Origin: a virus
IMG/VR virus record: IMGVR_UViG_3300008450_000013
Coordinates: 22,811-86,810 of that record
Length of the DNA stretch: 64,000 nucleotides
Reading direction: 5' to 3' (one strand)
The notes under the pieces were generated by a model. It saw only the letters and a program-made list of their open reading frames with translations, was not told the DNA's origin and searched no databases. Shown piece after piece: positions 7,006-16,393 of this stretch (the stretch's first letter is position 1; each line of letters opens with the position of its first letter). The position numbers and the translations under genes are program-made.

Positions 7006-8520
7006 ATGCCAGAAGCGACCTCGCCTGATGGCGTTGCAACAGCTCTACAGCCTGACAGTGGGACAACTATACCACGTATCAAATTAGGAAGTCAAGGGTT
7101 TGGAGTATTAAAAACCTCTAACGGACGCATCTACGAAGAAGCTAACGCAGCCTTTAGGATGCCAGCTCGTATCAAAGTTGTGGACGAAATGAGGCTCTCA
7201 CCTCCAGTCAGCATCGCCATGAACGCACTTAAAATGCTCATGAATCGTTCAGAGATGTACGTAGAGCCTTTTGATGACACTCCTAAGCACAGAGAACGTG
7301 CAAAGTTCTTACACTCTTGTTTGCATGACATGGAAGAAACATTTCAGCAAACAATGCAGAATACGTTCCCTGTTCTTGAGTATGGCTTCCACGTATCTGA
7401 AAAAGTATACCGCAGACGCTTGAAAGTAAACGGTAGTAAATACAATGACGGACTCGTAGGGCTTAAATGTCTTGCAACTCGCCCTCAAGCTTCCATTGAA
7501 AAGTGGAACTTCTCAGAAGATGGTAGAGATCTTGTCAGTGTATCACAGTCTATTGCAAACCTCGAAAACAGTTACAGATTCAAAAACCTCACAGATGAAA
7601 ATGGCTTAATTGTCATACCTCGTGAGAAGTTTGTACTCTTCAATGTTGACCCTACAAATGGTAATCCTGAAGGTAACAGCATTCTCAAAGCAGCATATTT
7701 AGCTTACAAGCAATTGACATTGCTCACAGATAATATGATGACAGGTGTTGCCAAAGATACACAGGGACTTCCTGTTATTGGTATTCCTCCTCAGTATATG
7801 TCTGCAGACGCTAGTGACGATCAAAAAGCTGTCTATCAGATGTTCATGAAGATTGTTGATGATTTAGCAAGTGGTACTCAGCGTGGTATTGTTATGCCAA
7901 AGTCTTATGACATGGATTCCAAGGGTGAAATGTTCACTGTGGAATTGTTAGAGTCTAAAGGTGGTAAGGCTTACAACGTGTTAGAGATTATCAAGACACT
8001 TCAAGCTAACATTCTTTCTGTGCTTTCGTGTGATGCTGTCAAGATGGGTAGTGATACTTCTGGGAGTTTGTCACTTGAGGACGGGGACACGAACCTCTTG
8101 GCGATGGCTGTTAGTTATCGGTTGATGGAGATTGCTAACGCTTTAAACAAGGATTTAGTGCAGCAGTTATGGTCACTCAACGGATGGGACTTGTCAGAAA
8201 TGCCTCAGATTAAATTCAAGGATGTTTCTAATGTATCTCAGGAAACTTTCAGTAAGTTTATACAACGAGTGGCTTCAACAGGTTTGTTAGAACTTGATCG
8301 TGGTGTCATGAACCGTGTACGAGAAGTCGGTGGATTTGATTTACTTCCACATGATCTTCCAATTCAAGAAGATATGTTATCAACAACTATGGCTGGAAAA
8401 GCTTCTAGCGCATCCGAGGGTATGGAAGTTGGGGTTGGTAATACTGTTGAGGGTGGGACGTCTAAAGGTGGCGGTAAGAAGACTGACAATTCTGCGAAAA
8501 ATAACGATAATAAGGGGTGA
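7006..8520 (+). CDS. portal protein
   Basis: 504 aa after terL; LEYGFHVSEKVY, IPREKF and NPEGNSIL motifs. Confidence 0.88.
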   Translation: MPEATSPDGVATALQPDSGTTIPRIKLGSQGFGVLKTSNGRIYEEANAAFRMPARIKVVDEMRLSPPVSIAMNALKMLMNRSEMYVEPFDDTPKHRERAKFLHSCLHDMEETFQQTMQNTFPVLEYGFHVSEKVYRRRLKVNGSKYNDGLVGLKCLATRPQASIEKWNFSEDGRDLVSVSQSIANLENSYRFKNLTDENGLIVIPREKFVLFNVDPTNGNPEGNSILKAAYLAYKQLTLLTDNMMTGVAKDTQGLPVIGIPPQYMSADASDDQKAVYQMFMKIVDDLASGTQRGIVMPKSYDMDSKGEMFTVELLESKGGKAYNVLEIIKTLQANILSVLSCDAVKMGSDTSGSLSLEDGDTNLLAMAVSYRLMEIANALNKDLVQQLWSLNGWDLSEMPQIKFKDVSNVSQETFSKFIQRVASTGLLELDRGVMNRVREVGGFDLLPHDLPIQEDMLSTTMAGKASSASEGMEVGVGNTVEGGTSKGGGKKTDNSAKNNDNKG

Positions 8521-9323
8521 TGATATTGGCAATTTTATATTGGATACATTTACCTGAGCACACTGATATTACTTCAAGTGGGTATGTTGGGATAACAGTC
8601 AAAACCCTATCTCACCGTTGGTCTAGTCATAAAACTGCAACTAAAACTGCGTCTAAACAACATTTACCTATTGTACGTGCAATAAATAAGTACGGACATG
8701 AAAATTTGCTTGTAGAACCTCTTTTAGAAGGCTCTGAAGAATATGTAGCTTTAATAGAAAACAAACTCCGACCCTCTTGTGGTATTGGTTGGAATTGTGC
8801 CATAGGTGGTCAAGCTACAGGAGTGGGGAGAAAACATTCACCTGAAAGTATCGCCAAACGAGTTGCTAAGGTGAGAGGTACAAAACGTTCTGAAGAGACT
8901 AAATTGAAACAATCCCTCGCTTCCAAAGGTAAACCTAAATCTCCTGAACATAGACAAAAATGCGCGATTGCTAATCTAGGTAAGATTAGATCACAAGAAG
9001 CTAAAGACACTCAAAGAGATAAGATGTTAGGCAAGAAGAAGATAACTGAGGAAGGTAGACTAAAGTTATCAGAGTACCACAAAAATCTAAAACCTTGGAA
9101 AAGGTCAAGGGCTAAATTCTCTTTGTGGTCTGGTGCAGCTACTCTGTTTGATTTGTTCTGTAAAGGGAATACATTGACAAATGGATTTGTGCGAACAGTC
9201 TTAAATGACAAGAACATATCTCCTATTACAATTAGGAATATGATTGAATCAGGATGGAACCCAAACGAAGATCAAGAATACCTTTCTTGGTTAGAAGAAA
9301 GAAAGGATAACGATGTCACATGA
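8517..9323 (+). mobile_element. free-standing GIY-YIG homing endonuclease with NUMOD3-like repeats
   Basis: ILYWI...GYVGIT...RWSSH...E...GWN; repeats GRKHSPES, GTKRSEETK, GKPKSPEH, GKIRSQEAK. Confidence 0.85.
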
Positions 9324-10149
9324 ATTAATTCGACTTATGGGGAGTGTAGTTAATACTCCTCACTTAATAACACAAGATAGTTTTGCACCAATCCTTGATT
9401 ACCTAACCTTGCGCAATGCAGGTTTGATTGAGATGAGGGATACTTCTAAGGAAGCTCCTAAGAAACCAGAATATGTTAAAGCAACTTCTGGCAAGACAAT
9501 TGGGGAGATTCAAGTATCTGGTGCTCTGACTTATAAACCTGTTCAAATGATGTGCGCTCCTGATGGGACAAGCTATCAACAGCTTATCACAGACACAGAA
9601 CAGTTAATCTCGCAAGGGGTTAAAACTATATTGTACACGCATTCAAGTGGAGGTGGAGAAGCAGCTCACTGTTTTACTACAGCTAACCGATTACGTGAAC
9701 TGGCAGATGAAAGTGATGTAACTCTTGTTACTTACATTGATGAAATGTCAGCTTCAGCAGCTCTTGCATTAGGAATTATCTCAGACCATGTGGTTATTCA
9801 TCCGAGTGCAAAAACTGGCAGTATTGGGTGCGTTTGCGCAGTCGTAGATCGTAGTAAAGCTTTGGCAGATGCTGGCTTGAAACCAATCTATATCAGCTCA
9901 ACAGCAGGTAAAACTCCTTACCAATCCGATGGGTCGTTCAGTCAAAGCTTCTTAGACAATCTTCAGGCAGAAGTAACAGAACTTGGTAATCAGTTTGCAC
10001 AGCATGTAGAGAAATATACAAGTATCCCAGTTGAAGAGATTCTTGCACTAGATGCTCAAGTATTTAATGCTAAACGTGCCAAAGAAATTGGGCTTGTTAC
10101 AGCCGTGATGAACCATCAAGAATTCGCAGAGTTTCTTGCAAACCTATAA
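9313..10149 (+). CDS. prohead maturation protease, S49 family
   Basis: SSGGGEA, SASAA and TGSIGC motifs. Confidence 0.88.
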   Translation: MSHELIRLMGSVVNTPHLITQDSFAPILDYLTLRNAGLIEMRDTSKEAPKKPEYVKATSGKTIGEIQVSGALTYKPVQMMCAPDGTSYQQLITDTEQLISQGVKTILYTHSSGGGEAAHCFTTANRLRELADESDVTLVTYIDEMSASAALALGIISDHVVIHPSAKTGSIGCVCAVVDRSKALADAGLKPIYISSTAGKTPYQSDGSFSQSFLDNLQAEVTELGNQFAQHVEKYTSIPVEEILALDAQVFNAKRAKEIGLVTAVMNHQEFAEFLANL

Positions 10150-10157
10150 GGACAAAT

Positions 10158-10694
10158 ATGTTAGAGCATTTAAAAAAGTTTCTATCAGGTAACACTGATG
10201 CAACCGCTACGCAAGTAGCAACCCCTGCGCAAGCAGACATTGAAAAGGAAGTCGTTAATATGACTACAGCAACAGAGCAGCCAATCGCGGCTGAAAACAC
10301 ATCCGCAGACTTGGTAGCACAACTTGCTTCCTCTACATCTGCTTTAACAGAGCTGCAAGCATCCTTTGCAGAACTCACTACTAAGTTTGAAGCAGCTCAA
10401 GCAGCTTTGACAGTGGTAGAAAATGAGAAGAAAGAATTGGCAACTAAAGCTGCAGAAGCACGTTTAGTAGCTCGTAAAGAATCCTTGGAAGCAGCAGTAG
10501 GCACAATCAAAGCAGCCGAATTGTTGACTACATTGGAAGTGTTGGATGACACAGCTTTTGCTGCTGTTGTATCAACTATGAAGGTGAATCTTGATGCTGA
10601 AGCAAAGAGTGCAGCTTTCACTGAAGCAGGTGTAACAGCGGAGGCTAAAGAAGTCAAGCCTACACACTTCAAAAACTATATCAAAACTAAATAA
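10158..10694 (+). CDS. capsid scaffolding protein
   Basis: Ala/Glu-rich coiled coil between protease and decoration genes. Confidence 0.7.
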   Translation: MLEHLKKFLSGNTDATATQVATPAQADIEKEVVNMTTATEQPIAAENTSADLVAQLASSTSALTELQASFAELTTKFEAAQAALTVVENEKKELATKAAEARLVARKESLEAAVGTIKAAELLTTLEVLDDTAFAAVVSTMKVNLDAEAKSAAFTEAGVTAEAKEVKPTHFKNYIKTK

Positions 10695-10703
10695 GGATAT
10701 GAA

Positions 10704-11099
10704 ATGACTAAATTAGCAACTCGTAGTAATAAGTTGTCTGGTGTATTGGCTTGGGAATTAGAGCCAGAATCAGGCGTATGCCGTGAAACAGTGACAGTGG
10801 TTGTAGAAGCTGGTTTGGACGTTGGTGCTGTTGTTACATCTAACGGTGCAGGTAAGTATGTTTGGGTAGAGGCTGCTGACGTAGCAACCCTGAATGCTGA
10901 CGTATGTGTTGTATTGACAGCAGATAAGGACATCCCTTCCATGACAGCAGGTGATAACACTATCACAGTATTGAAACGTGGTCATGCAAAGATTGTAGGC
11001 AGCAAGTTGACTTACAAAGATACTTTGACAACTAATCAAAAGAATACTGTCTTGGCTGCATTAAAAGTCAAGAACATTTTAGACACTGTTGCAGTGTAA
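10704..11099 (+). CDS. head decoration protein
   Basis: 131 aa immediately upstream of the major capsid gene (lambda gpD-like position). Confidence 0.75.
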   Translation: MTKLATRSNKLSGVLAWELEPESGVCRETVTVVVEAGLDVGAVVTSNGAGKYVWVEAADVATLNADVCVVLTADKDIPSMTAGDNTITVLKRGHAKIVGSKLTYKDTLTTNQKNTVLAALKVKNILDTVAV

Positions 11100-11121
11100 T
11101 CTTATAAAAGGAAAATAACAA

Positions 11122-12159
11122 ATGAATGTACGTGATTACTACAACAGTTTTAAACAAACTGACTTCGTTGATGGCATTGTCGAAACGCCATTGCAATACG
11201 GCTATATCAACAGCTTGAACTTGTTCAACACAAAAGGCACTAACCAAACAGCTATTGTATTTGATAAAGATGTTAGCACAACTACTTTGTTACCACAAGT
11301 TGCTCGTGGTGATAAATCTTCTACACAAGGTAAAGAACACTCTGTAGATTCTTTCGCATTGCGTACAGCATACTTCAAACATGCTGATCGTTTGACAGTT
11401 GAAGACATCCAAGGCTGGCGCAAAACTGGCACTGCTGAAACTGAAACTTTGGCAAATGCTACTGCTGAGAAGTTGACAGATATGCGCCGTATCTACGATC
11501 AGAACGAAGAGTATATGAAGCTGCAAGCTTTGAAAGGTGTTTTCAAAACTGCTGACGGTGCTGTAATGGCTAATATGTTCACAGAGTTTGGCATCTCTCA
11601 GACTTCAGTTGACCTTGCATTGGGTACTTCAACAACTGACGTTGATGCTAAGTTCCGTCAAATTAAGTCTCTGGTTGCTACAAATGTTAAAAATGGCGGT
11701 GCAATCGGTGGTGTAGAATTCATCGTTGACCCATTGACATTTGACAAGCTCATCTCTCATCCAAACATGAAGACAGCTTACCAATACTATATGAACTCTG
11801 GTCGTCAAGCTTTGCGTGATGATTTGAGCAACTACATGCAGTGGGGTATTATGGATGTGTTTGAACATCGCGGTGTTCGTATCGTTTCTTATGATGCAAC
11901 TTTCAACTTACCAAGTGGCTCTACAGAGAAAGCCTTTGCGGATAATACAGGTTTGGCGTTTGCTTCTGGTGTTCGTGATTTGTTCCGTGGTTATTATGCT
12001 CCAAGTAACAAGTTGTCAGCAGCTAATACAAATGGTCAGCCAGTTTATATGAACACCAAGGTTGACGAGGATGATGAGTATGTAGAATTTACATTAGAGA
12101 CAGCTCCATTGTTCTTCTGCACCAAACCAGCGAGCTTGATTGCATTGACAACAAACTAA
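11122..12159 (+). CDS. major capsid protein (lambda gpE-like family)
   Basis: 345 aa; EDIQGWR, EYMKLQALKG and ETAPLFFCTKP motifs; followed by a terminator. Confidence 0.92.
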   Translation: MNVRDYYNSFKQTDFVDGIVETPLQYGYINSLNLFNTKGTNQTAIVFDKDVSTTTLLPQVARGDKSSTQGKEHSVDSFALRTAYFKHADRLTVEDIQGWRKTGTAETETLANATAEKLTDMRRIYDQNEEYMKLQALKGVFKTADGAVMANMFTEFGISQTSVDLALGTSTTDVDAKFRQIKSLVATNVKNGGAIGGVEFIVDPLTFDKLISHPNMKTAYQYYMNSGRQALRDDLSNYMQWGIMDVFEHRGVRIVSYDATFNLPSGSTEKAFADNTGLAFASGVRDLFRGYYAPSNKLSAANTNGQPVYMNTKVDEDDEYVEFTLETAPLFFCTKPASLIALTTN

Positions 12160-12176
12160 TCATTAGTTTGTTAATA

Positions 12177-12207
12177 AAATACCTTCTCAGGAATGGGAGG
12201 GTATTTC
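12177..12207 (+). terminator. terminator after the major capsid gene
   Basis: AAATACCTTCTCA/TGGGAGGGTATTT hairpin. Confidence 0.7.
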
Positions 12208-12243
12208 AGTTAACAAATTGCACAGCTAATTAAAGGAACCTCC

Positions 12244-12792
12244 ATGCAAGACAACTACGTAGGAAGCTCTGTCTTAATCGACCTAGAGGATAACATAGAA
12301 CGTCCCACAAGAGCTGTATTAACTCAAGGGGGTTGGTTCTTTGCTCAACTTGGTACATACACTATAGGTTCTCCACTCTCTGTCCTCAGTGGTGTTAAAA
12401 CTAAAATACCTTTTCCACCTTCGCAGTTTAGTTACAGCGACAGTAGAAACTTCACTTTAAACTATGACACTGCAACTGATAAGTTTCACCCCCTAGATGT
12501 TGGTGATTGTTTCATTGTTAACCTTCGTTTTAAGATCAAGGTAACTGCACAATCAGGTTACATGGATATTTTGGCAGAGAGTCCTACAGTGGTTTTCAAC
12601 CCTATCCTAGCGAAAACAATTAACTTCAACAAGCAAGCAGGTGAGGAGCAATTTCAAGGTATCACGGAGATGTTGTTTGTGTCTCAGGATGTCGCCATAA
12701 ATGGGTTAGAAATATTTGTAAAACCTAGTGGTACTAACGTGCAGATATACGACTTGAGCTTACTCGTCAGCTCACAATATTCAAGCATATAA
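12244..12792 (+). CDS. hypothetical virion protein (beta-rich)
   Basis: AAAGGAA RBS; position within the head-neck module. Confidence 0.65.
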   Translation: MQDNYVGSSVLIDLEDNIERPTRAVLTQGGWFFAQLGTYTIGSPLSVLSGVKTKIPFPPSQFSYSDSRNFTLNYDTATDKFHPLDVGDCFIVNLRFKIKVTAQSGYMDILAESPTVVFNPILAKTINFNKQAGEEQFQGITEMLFVSQDVAINGLEIFVKPSGTNVQIYDLSLLVSSQYSSI

Positions 12793-12801
12793 AGGAAAAT
12801 T

Positions 12802-13215
12802 ATGGCAGTAATAGACCCAACAAGCACTACTGGAAAATTAAGATTGCGTTGCGGGGACACTTCAGACCTTCCTATTTTATCAGATGAAGTATATGAACAG
12901 ACTTACACTGACAGTGGTAATAGTCTAAATAGAGCATCTGTAACGTGCGCGCAATACATTCTAGCTTTGCTATCGCAGAACACACACCAGAAATTAGTAC
13001 AAATTGAGGTGTGGGGTGGAGAAGCTTTTACGAACTACATGAACTATTTGACTAAAGTAGTTCTCAACCCACAGCTATCACAAACCTGCCCAATTCCTTA
13101 CTCTGCAAGCAATGACCAAGTTCACCCTCTCGTAGAATTTAACAAGGATTGGTACGGAAATTTCCACGCAGGTACGCAGAGTGAACAGCTTGCACAGGAT
13201 AGTGTTACATCATGA
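12802..13215 (+). CDS. head-tail adaptor
   Basis: GKLRLRCGDT...LSDE motif, synteny. Confidence 0.7.
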   Translation: MAVIDPTSTTGKLRLRCGDTSDLPILSDEVYEQTYTDSGNSLNRASVTCAQYILALLSQNTHQKLVQIEVWGGEAFTNYMNYLTKVVLNPQLSQTCPIPYSASNDQVHPLVEFNKDWYGNFHAGTQSEQLAQDSVTS

Positions 13216-13616
13216 GAATAAACCTAAATCAATTTCATGGTGTTGTCAGAGATATGTTAGGTGCATTTCAAGGTGTTGGTGTATTAAATATATACTCTGA
13301 CACTGATGAGTATGTTGACGGTGAAGTTGCGCGTACAAAAACTACGTACCAAGTTGAGCAAGGAATGTTTGAGTTCCCGCAGGCTAATGCTGGTGATAAG
13401 TCAAAATTCGGTACATTGATATTATCTGGCGATAAATATTGCCTAATGCGACCTGTCAACCAAACTAACCCTGCCATTCCAGCCCCTGTAATCAAAGCTA
13501 ACAGAGACACAATAACGATAGATAATGTAGAGTGGAAAATCTTTGCACTAAAGACAGTCAACCCTAGTGGAATAAATGGGAATGATTTCTTGTTTGAATT
13601 TCACTTAAGGAAATAG
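13212..13616 (+). CDS. head closure (stopper) protein
   Basis: GTLILSGDK...DTITIDNVEWKI...VNPSG, synteny. Confidence 0.7.
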   Translation: MRINLNQFHGVVRDMLGAFQGVGVLNIYSDTDEYVDGEVARTKTTYQVEQGMFEFPQANAGDKSKFGTLILSGDKYCLMRPVNQTNPAIPAPVIKANRDTITIDNVEWKIFALKTVNPSGINGNDFLFEFHLRK

Positions 13617-13623
13617 TCAGCTA

Positions 13624-13652
13624 TTGACTTTTAACCACTATCGTAGTATAAT
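13624..13652 (+). promoter_or_regulatory. promoter for tail genes
   Basis: TTGACT-17-TATAAT. Confidence 0.8.
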
Positions 13653-13666
13653 CATAGGACAAACAA

Positions 13667-14164
13667 ATGGGAAGCTTTGCAGATAGCATAAAAGCAAACA
13701 TCAAAGAGCTTCAACAAGAAGTTAATGATAAGATAGTAGATGTGTTTGTTGAGACTTCGCTATCTGTTGTCCACCTGACACCTAGCCCTTCTTGGAAAGG
13801 GCAGACTAGAGGAGCTTCTCCTAGTAGTCCTCAATATACAGACGGTTTATTAGCAAACCAATGGTATCCAGCAGAGAACAAAATCTCTAATGAAGAAACC
13901 TCTGCAGAGTCAGATAACGGTGGTGACAGTATTACACGCATCAACGCAATGAAATCAGCCAAAACCTTTGTCGCTAAAGATGGGTATCTATCTCTCACAA
14001 ACAATGTGCCATATGCTTATCGTGTTGACGCTGTAGGTTATCCAGCAGGTAGAGCAGATGTCATTCAAGGATACGGCGATTGGTCTTGGTGGAATGGCTC
14101 TCATGAGAAACCCTACGCCATGATAGACACAAGCATTGCCAAGATCAAAGCTAAGATAGGCTAA
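13667..14164 (+). CDS. neck/tail completion protein (HK97 gp10-like)
   Basis: GLLANQW and LTNNVPYAYRV motifs. Confidence 0.7.
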   Translation: MGSFADSIKANIKELQQEVNDKIVDVFVETSLSVVHLTPSPSWKGQTRGASPSSPQYTDGLLANQWYPAENKISNEETSAESDNGGDSITRINAMKSAKTFVAKDGYLSLTNNVPYAYRVDAVGYPAGRADVIQGYGDWSWWNGSHEKPYAMIDTSIAKIKAKIG

Positions 14165-14166
14165 AC

Positions 14167-14568
14167 ATGACACAAAGAACAATACGCTTAGAAGTAGAAG
14201 CTAAAGTGAAAGCTTGGGCAGCAGCTCAATCTCCCGCAATACCAATTGCTTACGAGAACGTAGCTTTCACAAAACCTGATGCAACATTCATAGAACTATA
14301 CATCATTCCAGCAACTACTGTCAATCAAACTGTAAGTGCAGCTAGAAAAACTTTAACAGGGTTGATACAGTTTAACATATACACAAAAGAAGGTGTTGGC
14401 ACAAAGAAGTCAGAAGAACTTGCACAAGCTCTCTTAGACCTCTTCCCTGTAGTTCCTAAAACTGGCACTGTCAGTATAGAACAAACAGGTAGTATTATGA
14501 ACACACTTTACGAAGCACAATGGCTCGTAACACCTGTACGTTTCAGATACAGGCAAGAAAATTATTAG
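14167..14568 (+). CDS. tail terminator protein
   Basis: IAYENVAFTKP, GLIQFNIY and PVRFRY motifs. Confidence 0.8.
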   Translation: MTQRTIRLEVEAKVKAWAAAQSPAIPIAYENVAFTKPDATFIELYIIPATTVNQTVSAARKTLTGLIQFNIYTKEGVGTKKSEELAQALLDLFPVVPKTGTVSIEQTGSIMNTLYEAQWLVTPVRFRYRQENY

Positions 14569-14630
14569 CAGCAAAATTTGCCCTCTTGGGCGCTATCAAG
14601 CCGTAAGGCAAATTTAATAAAGGAAATAAA

Positions 14631-14987
14631 ATGGCAGCATTAACACTCACTACACTGCAGAGTGCAACAGGTGTAGCAACAGCTATTGTCAATACAGCGT
14701 CAGCTTCTGACACTATGACATACGTTGCTGGTACTGGTCAACTGGTAGAGATGGACAATACTACAGTTGGTAGTTTGACATTGAATATCAAAGGTACAGC
14801 CCCTTCAGCAGCATACCCAATTACAGGTACTTCTACTACTACAGATTTGTCAGCAGGCTTTAACGTAACTATCGCTGCTGGTGCAAAGAAAATTATCAAC
14901 TTGGATAAGATTAAAGCTTACTTGGTTGGCACAGGTGTTGTCACTCTCTCAGGTGCAGCTACATTAAAAATCACTGTTTACGCTTAA
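14631..14987 (+). CDS. hypothetical structural protein upstream of the tail tube gene
   Basis: T/A/G-rich beta protein with strong A-rich RBS. Confidence 0.65.
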   Translation: MAALTLTTLQSATGVATAIVNTASASDTMTYVAGTGQLVEMDNTTVGSLTLNIKGTAPSAAYPITGTSTTTDLSAGFNVTIAAGAKKIINLDKIKAYLVGTGVVTLSGAATLKITVYA

Positions 14988-15005
14988 TCCTAAAGGAAAA
15001 TAAAA

Positions 15006-15449
15006 ATGGCAATTCATACCGCAGCAGGTACAAAGTTCTCTATCTCAGCAGGCTTACCAGTAACTAATGATGAAGCAGGCTACGCAGCTCTGACATTCAC
15101 AGAAGTTGGTGAAGTTACAAATATTGCAGACTTCGGTGCAAACTCTAACGTCATTAACCACTCTCCTTTGAGTGACCCAATCATTCAGAAATACAAAGGT
15201 AGTGCTGATATGGGTGGTGGTAGTTTGGACTTCGCTACATTGTCTTCTGATGCAGGTCAAATCTTGTTGAAGACAGCAGCAGCTTACAATACTTATGCAG
15301 CTTACTCTGTAAAAGTAGAAGAGTCTGATGGTTCTATCAGTTACTTCAAAGCATTGTTCACATCTTTCGTTAAGAAGATTGGCACAATTGATAACGTAGT
15401 TATGGCTAGTGTCAACATGGCTATCACTTCTAAAGTTATCGACGCTTAA
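15006..15449 (+). CDS. major tail tube protein
   Basis: TAAGTKFSISAG, FTEVGEV, KYKGS and DAGQILL motifs. Confidence 0.85.
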   Translation: MAIHTAAGTKFSISAGLPVTNDEAGYAALTFTEVGEVTNIADFGANSNVINHSPLSDPIIQKYKGSADMGGGSLDFATLSSDAGQILLKTAAAYNTYAAYSVKVEESDGSISYFKALFTSFVKKIGTIDNVVMASVNMAITSKVIDA

Positions 15450-15529
15450 TAAATAGCAACAAGAAGGGGGACACAGATTCCCCTCTTAATAATATAAATT
15501 AAATTCTCTCAAACTATAAAGGAAATAAA

Positions 15530-15934
15530 ATGGCTTTCAAATCTTCAAACTTCAAAGCAAAAACTTCTGCCGTGCCTATCGTTGTATTACATCCTGTCAT
15601 TGGTGAAATGATTGATGAAAAAGGTAATAAAGTTACCCTTCATATCTACGGTAAGGCTTCTAAACAATATCGTGACTACACGGAAGCTCAGACAGATAGC
15701 TTCATTGCAAAACAGCAAGCTAAAGTCAAATCTAAGACCACTGGCAAGCAATTGTTAGCAGATCGTGTTAAGTTCATTGCAGCTATGACAGATAAGATCG
15801 AGCACTACGAAGATGAGAACGGTGGTAAGTACGATAACACAGAAGCTTTAGAGGCATTGTACACAGACCCATCTCATCACTGGTTGTTAGAATTTGCTGA
15901 AACAGCTTTGGAAGATAACGCAAATTTCTTTTAA
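15530..15934 (+). CDS. tail assembly chaperone (gpG-like)
   Basis: Lies between tail tube and tape measure; ends ANFF at a slippery site. Confidence 0.8.
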   Translation: MAFKSSNFKAKTSAVPIVVLHPVIGEMIDEKGNKVTLHIYGKASKQYRDYTEAQTDSFIAKQQAKVKSKTTGKQLLADRVKFIAAMTDKIEHYEDENGGKYDNTEALEALYTDPSHHWLLEFAETALEDNANFF

Positions 15935-16377
15935 CCCTGTCTGACGAGCTTCTACTTTTTGCAAGACAATTAGGATGGTATCACAGCACACCTGAAAAGG
16001 AAACAAAGAGTAGGGCTGCAAAATTATTAGAACAAGATCAAGGACTAGAACTCAGTTTGCCTACATGCACAGCCGAGTTTCTAGTCCTTTTGTTTTATGA
16101 GAGTGGGCTTTGTGGGCAGGGTATGAATGGGGCTACTCCTTTAACGTGGCAAGAGATTCAGTCATGGAATGAAATCGCTGATAAGCGATTGACCCCTTGG
16201 GAAGCAAACATGATACATGAGATGAGTGTAGCTTATGTAGGTGAAGTACACGCTGGCACAGACCCTTTAAAACAACCTCCTGTTGCAGTTGGTGGGGATA
16301 TTACTGAAGTGAAGCGTAAAGCTGTGGCAAGTGCATGGAAACAAATGAAACAAAATGCAAACGAAAAATACAAATAA
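15922..16377 (+). CDS. -1 frameshift extension of the tail assembly chaperone (gpGT-like)
   Basis: Slippery A AAT TTC at 15922-15928; -1 frame open to 16377 (LTLSDELLLFARQLGWYHSTPE...PLTWQEIQSW). Confidence 0.8.
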   Translation, partial: KFLLTLSDELLLFARQLGWYHSTPEKETKSRAAKLLEQDQGLELSLPTCTAEFLVLLFYESGLCGQGMNGATPLTWQEIQSWNEIADKRLTPWEANMIHEMSVAYVGEVHAGTDPLKQPPVAVGGDITEVKRKAVASAWKQMKQNANEKYK

Positions 16378-16393
16378 AGAATAAGGAAGCCTT

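Noticed and set aside
16057-16377. Independent gene starting at TTG 16057
   Set aside because: The frame is open back to the slippery site; better explained as the frameshift extension
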